Positions 52,092 through 62,571 of a stretch of DNA of 64,000 nt are shown here, one piece after another. Below the pieces are notes generated by a model. The model saw nothing but the letters and a program-made list of their open reading frames with translations, made no database searches and was not told where the DNA came from. The position numbers were made by a program, and so were the translations under genes. Source of the DNA: Narcine bancroftii (Eukaryota); the NCBI RefSeq assembly GCF_036971445.1, contig NC_091474.1, forward strand, positions 18,352,001-18,416,000. Direction: 5' to 3'. Positions within the stretch are counted from its first letter, which is position 1, and each line of letters starts with the position of its first letter.

Positions 52092-52950
52092 TTTTTCTTT
52101 CTAGTATATTTTTATTGAATTTAACATAATAAGCATACATAATAAATAATGATTACATAATGAATCAATTGTATACAAGCAAATACCTACCAAAGGGAGA
52201 TGAAAAAAATGAATAAGTAATAAAATGTACAATTCCACATTAATAGTTACTTGTAATAACTCAATCTAGTAATAAACATAATGAATGCAACCATGTCAGG
52301 CCCATTATTAGATTGTTATATTAAAACAATAAGGATAAAAAAGAGAAAAAAAAAAAGAAAAAAACCTAGAGGACTAAACGAAACTAATCTAATCCCCTCT
52401 CTCTAATCAAGGTTACCTTTTTTTTGAGAAAAAGAAATCAATAATGATGTGGAATCGCTGGTGATCCCTGGAGAACAGACAAAGAATTACAGGAATGTAT
52501 AATACTTATTGACTCTTCCAATTATAAAAAATTCTAAGAATGGACCTCATAATTTCATAAATTGAAACTTTCTATCTTTAATATTATATCTAATTTTCTC
52601 TAAACTTAAATAGGACATTACATCATATAACCACTGCATTTCCTTTCTGTTTCAATAAAATAATTTGTCTGGCTATCAAACTAAGACTTTTTCTTGAGAT
52701 GCCAATGGAGGTACATCTGAGTCATGAGAAAAAACAAGCAGTGAAATTAATGGACAGAGTTCCAAGTTAATCTTGAAAATTGTGGATAGAGTTGAAAAAA
52801 ATCTCCCAAAATTTGGGCATTCCCAGAACAAATGACTTTTTCATTTCTCACAAAAAGGATCAATCTCTGCATAAAAACAGAATAATTTAAGATTAGACAT
52901 ATAAATTCTGTACCACCTTAAATTGTAATAAAGCACTGTCTTGCACAAGA
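52092..52950 (-). mobile_element. L1 LINE 3' end, decayed
   Basis: Minus strand gives LQFKVVHR..IDPFCEK..HLFWECP (L1 C-terminal Cys-rich region), then AATAAA and an A-rich tail. Confidence 0.75.
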
Positions 52951-53206
52951 TCGATTTCTCACAATAGATTTGTCATCTTTAATCCATGGTTGACATAGAA
53001 GATGCAAATAAAGTGTGAACCTTTCAATTTATATCATGCATCTTGGTATCATCCGAGTGAGGGAATTTTACAAAATAACATAACTAACTCGTAGCAAAGA
53101 GAAAGATTGGACATGAATTCCTTTCTAAATTAAATGTTTTATTCACTGGTCAAAATTCTATTGGCAGTTTTTAAGCACAGAATGGGGAACAATTTGGTGG
53201 GAATTG

Positions 53207-53750
53207 CACTGTACAATGAAGATTTTATTTCCTGAACATTTTTGGGTGTTTTTTATGAATTTTGGGCTGCTGATCATGAAAATGACCTTAAAGTTTCCCT
53301 ATTACGTACTGTTGATTATATATTATCTATTTTTGTGATTTCCTGACATATTTTTAAAATGCTTCAAGCATGTAAAACCTTGAAGTGCAACATATCATTG
53401 AAAATTCATTATCTGCATTTGCACTTGGACTTCTTCCCTGCTGATCTTGGTGAAGTCCGTGACGAGCATGGTGAAAGGTTTCACCAGGATGTTGCGACCA
53501 TGGAAAAGTGGTATTTGTGAAACGGGAATCCATTAATGCTGGCCGACTCTTGTTGGACACTGACACAAGAGGCTGAGTACAAACAGAAATCAGCAACAAA
53601 ACATTTTTAGGTCAGTTGAACGAACGCAAGGTGTCGGCATCATTATGTGGTTAAATGTGCTAAATTCAATATAAATTATTGTTTCTCCAACTTCCTACGT
53701 GATTCAGCAAATTTGAAATTATCTTTGAGTTCAGCTTGAAGTTGTCTATA
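53207..53750 (+). mobile_element. Non-autonomous Chapaev3-like element, second copy
   Basis: Starts CACTG; colinear with 14285-14752; encodes an LHLDFFPADLG..DEHGERFHQD remnant. Confidence 0.7.
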
Positions 53751-54327
53751 AGGGAGAAGAGTAAATACAAGTTAACGTGAATTATTTGAATTTGTTTTAA
53801 TATTAATTGACTTGTTTTTGTGAATAAGTCGTGTTCTTTAAAAATAACTTAGTTCTTTAAATATTTAATGAACAGTGAGATGATCTGAAATTTCACAGGA
53901 TCTTGGATGAATGGGAAAGTGAGCTCAGGAATGGCAGCTGAAATTTGACTCAGACAAGTGTGAGGTGGGTTAAACCAGGGGAAGACTTGCACAGAGAAGG
54001 GAGTGTTGAAGAATAGAAAGACTTTGGTGTACAGGTCCATCATTCCATGAAAGTGGTGGTGCAGGTCGACAGAGTGGTGAAGGAAACATTTGGCAAATTG
54101 CCTTCATTCATCAAGACATTGAGTACTGGAGACGGATGCCATGTTAAACTGTACAAGACTTTAGTGAGACCACTCTTGGAAAATTGTTTGTAGTTCTGGT
54201 CACCCAGCTGTAGGAAAGATAGTTACTCAAGCTGGAAAGGGGACAGAAAAGATTTACACAATGTTACAGGAACTGTTACAGGATTGAATTATAATCTGGA
54301 TAGGCTTAGACTTTTCTCCCTCTAGAG

Positions 54328-55537
54328 CACACATGTCAAACTCTGGCCCGCGGGCCAAATATAATTATATTTGGCCCGCAAGATCATTTCAAAAATATAT
54401 TAGAGGTGGCCCGCTGGCTGCCGCGCCAGTATAGCGCATGCACAGTAATACAACAAATCCCAGAATGCATTGGCGTCAGCCTGCTAATCGCTCCCACCTC
54501 CTCTGTTTACGTTGCTGGGTCTCACCGTGGATTCTGGTTTTGGGGCCTGGCCGGTGTTAGGGGAAGCCAAGGCCACTTCCCAGTGCCCGGAACCGGAGGC
54601 CTCGGGCCTGACCTCGCCAGGACCGTTGCCCACTCCCCCTCCCTGCCGCAGGCCGACCCGCGACTCACGGTGACAGGGCCGCTGATCGGCCGAGATGCCC
54701 CCACACTGTCGTGTCCCCCCGCCCGCCCCCCCACTGCAGCGCGGCCTGGCCGGTGTCAGGGGAAGCCAAGGCCGCTTCCCAGCTCCCGGAACCGGAGGCC
54801 TCGGGCCTGACCTCGCCAGGACCGTTGCCCACTCCCCCTCCCTGCCGCAGGCCGACCCACGACTCACGGTGACGGGGCCGCTGATCCACCGAGATGCCGC
54901 CCTGCAGCGAGAGCCGATGCCCCCGCACTGTCGTTGTCCAACCTGATCGCTCGCAAACCCCGCCCTCCCGCACACAGGCCTGAGTAAGTATTATGAACTT
55001 TAATCTCAGGATAAAACGATCTTCCAATAGTTTCATGTCACAGTGATAAATATATTCCTGGTTAAAAATGGTCCTGCACCTGGATACAAGCTCATTAGGC
55101 ATAAAACTTGAAAAGTGTGTAAATCAAAGGATATCTGTACCAATGGAAAAAGGGCATGGCAAATAACCCTGCTAGAGTTCATGCCCACAATCAGACACCC
55201 ATTTGATTGTTTCAGGAATCATGTTATTCTCCCACATTCTCAATAGCCCTCAGATTTTACTATTCGACAGCACACTAGCAACATTTGACAAATCCTCTAT
55301 AGAGAAATATTATTATTGAATATTTTATTTCTCATTTGTTAATGCTTCTGGAAAGAGTTTATCCAAAACTATTATTAAACATTTATTTTAATAAGAAAAA
55401 GTTTAACATTACATATGTTGAAAGAAGAGAAAACATGCAGATGTTGTTGAAAATTTTCAATAAATATTTAGTTCGGCCCTCGACTTAGTCCAAGTTTTTA
55501 ATTTTGGCCCTCCGTGAATTTGAGTTTGACACCCCTG
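54328..55537. mobile_element. Non-autonomous hAT (Charlie-type) element
   Basis: 8-bp TSD CTCTAGAG / TTCTAGAG; TIR CAcacaTGTCAAACTC / GAGTTTGACACCCCTG; subterminal GGCCCGCGGGCC. Confidence 0.9.
54544..54925. repeat. GC/CpG-rich direct repeat, period 199 bp, inside the hAT element
   Basis: GGCCTGGCCGGTG...CGAGATGCC starts at both 54544 and 54743. Confidence 0.9.
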
Positions 55538-55993
55538 TTCTAGAGTATGGAAGTCTGAGGGAAAACCTCGGAAAGATTTATAAAAATATTAAGGCATTGT
55601 CAGTATCGGGGGATTTAAAGCTCGAGGACATAGATCTAATGTGAGAGAGTTAAGATTTAATAGGGACTGAGGGGCACCATTTTCCACACAGAGGTGGATG
55701 GGGATATGGAACATATAAAATGCATTTTTACAAGTATATGGATAGAAAAGATTTAGAGGAATATGGGACTAGTTTAGGTAGACACTTGGTTGGCAATAGA
55801 GGTTTGGCTTTGCTTATGTGCATGAAAACTCTCTGACTCCAAATTCTTTAATTGCGCTACAATATTTTGGATGTCAGTGACATTCTTGGCAGACCTGATA
55901 GAATGGGACCTAACTTTGCTAGTTGTTAATTTTTTTCCCCAACCATCTTATGAGTGGGGTTTGTCTTATCCTACTCTCATGATGGCTCTAAAA

Positions 55994-56357
55994 CAGTGGT
56001 TTTCAAACTTTTTCTTTCAATTCACCTACCATGCCATAGGTGCTCTGTGATTAGTAAGGGATTGCTTAAGGTGGTATGGGAGTGGAAAGAAAAAGTTGAA
56101 AACCACTGTTTTAATCATACTTAATTGACTTATCATGTGCACAGTTTCATAACTCCAAAGGAAATGGCCCAATGACAATTTTTCTCAAGCAAAATATTTC
56201 AGTAATAATTAGGCCTAGAGCAGTGGTTCTCAACCATCCACCCCCCCCCCTACTCCCATACCACCTTAAATAATCCATAACTAATCACAGAGCACCTATG
56301 GCACAGGGATTACTTAAGGTGATATGGGAGTGGAAATAAAAAGTTTGAAAACTACTG
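55994..56357. mobile_element. Compound palindromic hAT MITE
   Basis: Two TIR-bounded units (55994-56108 and 56221-56357; CAGTGGTT.TCAA) in inverted relation; outer flanks CTCTAAAA / CTCTAGAT. Confidence 0.8.
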
Positions 56358-56747
56358 CTCTAGATCATCCATAACATTTATTAATATGTCAACAATGGAG
56401 AACAGATGCAAGGTATAATCTGCTTTACCATGTGCCAGCAGCCAGTTGCAATTTCTTCATAGCATTTCAAGTTAAGGACCCTTGGTCAGAACATTTACAG
56501 TGAGTTCAAGTTCATTATCATCCATATTTAAAAGTACCACCTGATGAAGTAACATTCTTTGATTCTCAGTCCAAAAACATGCAAGCATGCACACAGACGT
56601 AATACACATATAGACAAATGATACATATGCAGTACATCTATTCACATAGAAAAATAAATATTAAATAAATAGTAGAATTTTGGAAGGGTTGTATGAATAT
56701 TTACCCATATATTTCTCATATTATTCTACATTTTTCTTTAATGCTGT

Positions 56748-57174
56748 CTTTCTTCTTCTTTGGCTTGGATTCGCGGACGAAGATTTATGGAGGGATAATG
56801 TCCACGTCAGCTGCAGGCTCGTTCGTGGCTGACAAGTCCGATGCGGGACAGGCAGACACGGTTGCAACGGTTGCAAGGGAAAATTAGTTGGTTGGGGTTG
56901 GGTGTTGGGTTTTTCCTCCTTTGTCTTTTGACAGTGAGGTGGGCTCTGCGGTCTTCTTCAAAGGAGGTTGCTGCCCGCCGAACTGTGAGGCGCCGAGATG
57001 CACGGTTTGAGGCGATATCAGCCCACTGGCGGTGGTCAATGTGGCAGGCACCAAGAGCTTTCTTTAGGCAGTCCTTGTACCTCTTCTTTGGTGCACCTCT
57101 GTCTCGGAGGCCAGTGGAGAGCTCGCCATATAACACGATCTTGGGAAGGCGATGGTCCTCCATTCTGGAGACGT
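56748..57174 (-). mobile_element. RTE 3' fragment
   Basis: ORF 56807..57193 matches the RTE C-terminus; (GAA)n tail. Confidence 0.92.
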
Positions 57175-57739
57175 ATGCATTTGTCAAATTCATTAAATTA
57201 TATCATACAGCATTGATATACACAGAATAACATTCTGAGATGGATTCTACTTTTTGAGCCAACACCTGATCTTGGATTGATTAAATTACTCCAATTTTGG
57301 AGTTCATATGGAAATATTTTCTCAATGTTTGTTCAGTTGTACTTAATTTACAACTTTTAATGAAAAAGTGTATTATTTCCTACTGTTCATAATTATAGTG
57401 AACAATGTAAAAAAAAATTTTAAGCCAGACTATTGCACAAAGTGTAGAAAATCAAAATTACTATTGTGGAATATTCCTTTACAAGTTGGTTTAACAATGA
57501 ACATGTTTCAGATTGGTTTAGATCCTTCATAGAAACAGACCTTAATACTGTTGTTAAGTTGGAAGTGGATGAATTCTTGGTCTGATGCACTTTCTGGAGT
57601 TCCAAACATTTTCGTTGCATCCTTTTGCATTTTTATGCATTTATTCGTAAATTTTCATGATGTTTTCACCTTCTACTTTTTGTGTCTATTTTTGGTCTCC
57701 TTAACAATTCAAGATGTCAGGAAAAGTTTGGTGTCAGGT

Positions 57740-58257
57740 GAAGAATTTGAGGAGATTCGGTATGTCACTGAAGACTCTTGAAAACTTCTACAGGTATATC
57801 TATGGAGAGCATTCTGGCTGGTTGCATCACTGCCTGGTATGGAGGTGCCAACGCTCAGGACAAGAAAAAAAAAACTTGTGATGTTCACGTGGCCTGCGAT
57901 ATTATGGCTACCAGTCTTCACTCCAGTGAGGGCATCTACAGGAGGCAGGCTTAATAAAATAGTCTCTCTCCTCAAGGACCCCCACCACCCAGGTCATGCC
58001 CTCTTCACTCTTTTACCATGGTGGGTGGGGGGGGGGGGGAAGGTACAGGAGCCTGAAGACGAGCATTCAGCGACACAGGGACAGCGTCTTCTCCTTTGCC
58101 ATCAGATTTCTGAATGAACAATGAACTACAGACACTTTATCTTTTGCTTTTTTCTTGCTTTATTTTGTAATGTAGTTTATATAAATATTTGCCCTGTGAC
58201 GCTGCTGCCAAACGATGAATGTTGTGACATGTTCATAACAATAAAATCTGATCCTGA
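57740..58257 (+). mobile_element. Rex1 3' fragment
   Basis: LLKDPHHPGHALFTLLP; same subfamily as 21820-22550. Confidence 0.8.
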
Positions 58258-59009
58258 GAGAAGATCGCATGAGTGGTTATGTTACTGATCTGAATCCTGG
58301 CATGGGATCTGGTGGGATCCATCATTTATTTAATGATTTACTTCTCACTTTTCCAGCTCTGGTAAAGGGACACACATGCCAAGTATTGAATTAATTTCTC
58401 TCTCCACACCAGATCCATACCAGGCAGTGATCACCTCTAAATTTTCTGTTTTTAGTTATGGTCATGTGGGTTGTAAAATCCAATCTAATTTACTAATACT
58501 TAGGGAAGGAAATCTGTGTTTTGAGCATGTCTGGCCTGTATATGTTTGCAGACCAAAAGTAACATGGTCCATCTAGAGGAGCTTAGCAAGCAATTAAAGA
58601 TGGATAATAAGTGTTGGTTTATCCTGTGATTCTCACTTTGTCATTAAATAATGCTCCATTAACAATTTACAAGATACTCAGTAACTTCCTTACTGAGATT
58701 TTCACTCTGATTCCCCAGAATATTCCTTTCTTCCCTTTTCATTTCCTTCCTAACTAAAATAAATTTATATATTATGTCAACTTTTACTGAAGATCATACT
58801 ACTAAAATAATACAACCTGCTCATCCCATTTGCCTCCATCAAAATACTGGCCATCAGAGGTCAGTATTAGTAGGTGCTGAAGGATGAAAGACGTGTCATT
58901 TCCATTAAATCAAATAAAAGTGTAACTAATTCTGGAATAGTGAGTAGCAGGAATAAAAAACAGACTGCCATTGAAGTATAAAGTAAAAGAAAGAGATGGC
59001 ATGACAGCG

Positions 59010-59220
59010 TCATAGTCATACAGGTTTACAGTGCTCAAACAGGCCCTTCAGCCAGCTTGTCCATGCTAACCAAGCTAGGCTAGTTCGAAATGCCTGCATT
59101 CAGCCCACATCCATCTAAAATTTTCCTATCCACATACACGTCTAAATGTCTTTTAAAAGTTACAATTGTGTGTGCCTTTACCACTGCCTCTGGCACCTTT
59201 TTCCTTACATCCTCCACCCT
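59010..59220 (-). mobile_element. CR1 3' tip, decayed
   Basis: ACAGGCCCTTCAGCC..CTTGTCCATGC...GCCCACATCCATCTAAAATTTTCCTATCC. Confidence 0.7.
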
Positions 59221-59269
59221 TCTCACTTCACCTCATTTTCCCTTCTCACGTCACTGAATAACAAGCCTC

Positions 59270-59491
59270 TGTGGCGCGTCGAATGACTCGAAGACTTGTT
59301 GACTCAAACCAAGGCTTTTATTACCAAAAGACTGGAGCATCGTTCATTGAGGTCGACTAGTCCAGACTGACCTGGATCTGGTGAGGTGCAGCCCTTTATG
59401 ACCTGGCCAGTAGATGTGTCTACAGCTCTCAGCCAATCGTTATCACTATATTCAAATATATACAGTGGTGATAGAATCCCATACTATCACA
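59270..59491 (-). repeat. 3' LTR
   Basis: Roughly 89% identical by eye to 62340-62571. Confidence 0.95.
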
Positions 59492-59505
59492 TTCACCCCT
59501 TCTTT
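59492..59505 (-). promoter_or_regulatory. Polypurine tract
   Basis: Minus strand AAAGAAGGGGTGAA abuts the 3' LTR. Confidence 0.85.
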
Positions 59506-59899
59506 AAGAGTTGAACCTGGGATGGCTTAAAAAAAAAGGGGGGGTTACAGAGTGGTGGTTTTTATGGGTTCTTAATAGTTTGGAGGGGAACAGCAATAGT
59601 ACACTTTATCTTTGGACTCCGAGACATGGGACGGATAGCACGCAGGGTTTACGGGCTGTAACAGTCGGGTGGCCTAATCGTCCGACATGATCGCTGTGGC
59701 ATCGGAATTGGAGTAGCTGGCGGGGGGTTGAATGATTGTTGTTGGAGTCTCTGTGTGTCGGTGCAAGTTCTCCTAGTCCGCAGTTGCCGTTGTCTGTGTG
59801 CTGGTCCGGTCTACTGCCATCGTCATCTGCGTACTGCTCCTGGTCCCGCTGTCCCGGCATGTTACCTGGGGGAGGTTGGAGGAAGGTTGGGGAACAAAC

Positions 59900-61045
59900 A
59901 TTACAATGTCAGATACAGCTTGGGCCAGGTTCCTTACTGAGACCGTGTCCTTCCGACCGTCCAGGTACTCGATATAAGCATAGTGCAGGTTCGCGTGTAG
60001 CAGCATTACCCGGTTGACTAGGGGGCCGTTTTTTGAGTACCGGACATGACGTCTCAGCAGGACAGGTCCATGAACTGTCAGCCAAGCCGGTGTGGTCGTC
60101 CCTGATTCCGACTTCCGTGGGAACGAGAACATGCGTTCGTGCGAGGTAGCATTGGTAGCAGTACATAACAGAGACCTGATCGAGTGTAGGGCATTTGGGA
60201 GTATGTCCTGCCAGTGAGTGGTGGGGAGGCCTTTGGACTGGAGGGGAAGTGTGATCGCTTTCCAGACGGTGGCATTCTCCCTTTCGACCTGCCTGTTACC
60301 GCGTGGATTGTAGCTAGTGGTCCTGCCTGAAGCAATGCCGTGCTCCAGAGATACTGCCTCAGCTCAGCGCTCATAAACGAGGAGCCCCGGTCACTGTGGA
60401 TATAACTGGGGTACCCGAAAATGGTGAAGATGCTGTGCAGTGCATTTATGACTGTGGAGGTGGTCATGCCTGGGCAGGCAATAGCAAACGGGAAGTGGGA
60501 GTACTCATCTTCCACCGTGAGAATATAGGTGTTACAGTTTGTCAAAGTTAGGGACCCCTTGAAGTCCACACTGGGATGTTTGAAAGACCAGGTGGCTTTT
60601 ATGACATGGGTCTTCTTGAGCTGGATGAAATTTGGCTTGCATTCAGTGCAGACTGGGCAGGCTCGGGTCATGGAGCGGATCTCCTCGACCGTATAGAGCA
60701 GGCTGTGGGCCTTTACGAAGTCTGTGAACCTGGTGACCCCCGGGTGAAAAAGCTCCTCATGGAGTCTCTGCAACCTGTCCAGTTGTATGCTGGAGCATGT
60801 CCCACGGGAAAGGGCATCGAGCAGGTCATTGAGTTTGCCAGGCCTGTACAGGATGTCATAGTTAAAGGTAAAGAGCTCAATTCTCCACCTGGCAATTTTG
60901 TCGTTTTTGATCTTACCCTGCTGGTTGTTGCTAAACATGAATGAGACTGCGCATTGGTTGGTCAGCAGTGTAAAGCGTTTGCCAGTGAGGTAGTTTCTCC
61001 AATGACATATGGCCTTCATAATGGCATGGGCCTCCTTGTCTCCGG
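59900..61045 (-). pseudogene. Gypsy RNase H C-terminus plus integrase, frameshifted
   Basis: KEAHAIMKAICHWRNYLTGKRFTLLT; HHCC (H..LFHPG..CPVC); catalytic D (VDFKG), D (HSDRGSSF) and E (QVEREN, in a shifted frame). Confidence 0.88.
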
Positions 61046-61439
61046 AGGCTGGCGTAATGACGTCACACGTCACTGTGAGGGCCATCCGATGGAGGCTCGC
61101 ATCGCTGAAGCCGGGGTGGAGCGTCGTGGTGCCTCGGCCTGTTGCGCGCTACACTTGTGCGGTGGCGTCATCTGAGTGGGCAGGCCTTCGGGGGTCTGCT
61201 GACGCGGAGATCCGGTTGGAGGGGGCCGACGTGGAGAGCTGTGGTGCCGGTAAGTCAGCGGCAAGCTGCGCAGGCGGTCCGTCGGGGCCTGCCAGTGTGG
61301 AGGCTCTGCTGAGCGGGGGCAGCTGGCATAGAGGCCAGTGACAGCTGCGTGCTGTCAAAAATCAGCGTCACAGCGGAGAGGGTGGAGCATTGTGAGGGCG
61401 GCACCTTCCATGTGTGGTGCTTGCATCGTGACGTCAAGT

Positions 61440-62314
61440 GTTGTCACGTGATCGGTCCCTCGCTCTCATTGGATGAGAGTTCCAAGGTCGAGCAGTTTGA
61501 ATCTGGGGAAGGCGGTTGGGCTTCGTATGAGGCACTGTGCTTTGTGGTGGCCATTTTGGACCGGCAGACTTTTGCGAAGTGGCCGTTCTTTTTTTGCACT
61601 TCTGAAACCGGGCCTTCCTCGCAGGGCACAGGGATCGACTGCGTTTCTCCATCCCGCAGAATTAACACTTTGTGGCCGCGTCGGGTAGTGTGGCAGCGGC
61701 GAGGTCATCGATGGGGCATGGGGAGGCCAAATTAAAAGCAGGGGTTCTACTCACTTCATAATGGTGGGCCCAGCCCTCTGTGTAGGCATCCATGCTTAGG
61801 ACTGCAGCTTCCATCATTCCAGCGATCTGTACAGTCTCCACGAGGCTGTCTCCCCCGTGCTCCAACAGTCGTTGCCTCACTTCATTAGATCTAATCCCAG
61901 CCACATAAGCATCCCATATGAGATCATCAGTGATCTCGGTCACAGTTTTTTCGGTGCACGCACATGCTCTGCCCAGTAACTTTAGTGCCTGTAGGTAGGC
62001 TCTGAAGGATTACCTGGCTGCTGTCTCCTGGTCACCAGCATGTGTCTGGCATATACCTTATTCACAGGTTGTTCATAGAGTCCTTTTAGCACATTCATGG
62101 CTGCTGTATAGAAGGTCAAGTCCTGGATGTTTTCATAGACCCTCGTAGACACTGTGGACATCAGAACTAACAGTTTATTGGCGTATTCTTCCACGATGGT
62201 GTCTGAGCGCTGGAGGTATGCCTCAAAACACCTCACCCAATGCCTGAAATCACTCTGAGCAGTAGCTGACTGTGGGTCGATGCTGAGGTGTTCTGATCGT
62301 AGTATTCGCTCCAT
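61440..62314 (-). pseudogene. Gypsy gag, frameshifted, with zinc-knuckle remnants
   Basis: MERILRSEHLSIDP..FRHWVRCFE; YARHMLVTRRQQPG; LIWDAYVAGIRSNEVRQRLLE; CPA....KC...GHFAKVCRSK. Confidence 0.8.
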
Positions 62315-62339
62315 CCATTGGAAATGTTGGTAATAAAAT

Positions 62340-62571
62340 TGTGGCATGTCAAATGACTCAAAGATTTGTTGACTCAAACCAAGGTTTTTATTACCAAAAG
62401 AGTGGAGCATAGTACATCGAGGTTGACCAGTCTAGACTGACTTGGATCTGGGGAGGTGCAGCCCTTTATGACCTGGCCAGTTGGTGTGACTACGGCTCTC
62501 AGCCAATCATTATCACTATATGCAAATATATGCAAATATAAACAATGGTGATAGGATCCCATACTATCACA
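62340..62571 (-). repeat. 5' LTR
   Basis: ATTGG box, CATAAA TATA-like motif and AATAAA in order on the minus strand. Confidence 0.95.

Larger units (their letters stand above)
53880..55840 (+). mobile_element. Old CR1 fragment split by a hAT insertion
   Basis: CR1 3' ORF homology at 53880-54327 resumes at 55546-55840. Confidence 0.75.
59270..62571 (-). mobile_element. Ty3/Gypsy (Mag-like) LTR retrotransposon, internally deleted
   Basis: LTRs at 59270-59491 and 62340-62571 (TG..CA); TSD GCCTC/CCCTC; PPT next to the 3' LTR; gag, RNase H C-terminus and integrase remnants. Confidence 0.95.

Noticed and set aside
53861-53877. Right TIR of the Chapaev3-like copy (…AACAGTG)
   Set aside because: The match to the left end is short and imperfect, and element-like sequence appears to stop near 53750.
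54406-55102. Several 130-160 aa ORFs
   Set aside because: They arise from the GC-rich duplicated interior of the hAT element and have no domain motifs.
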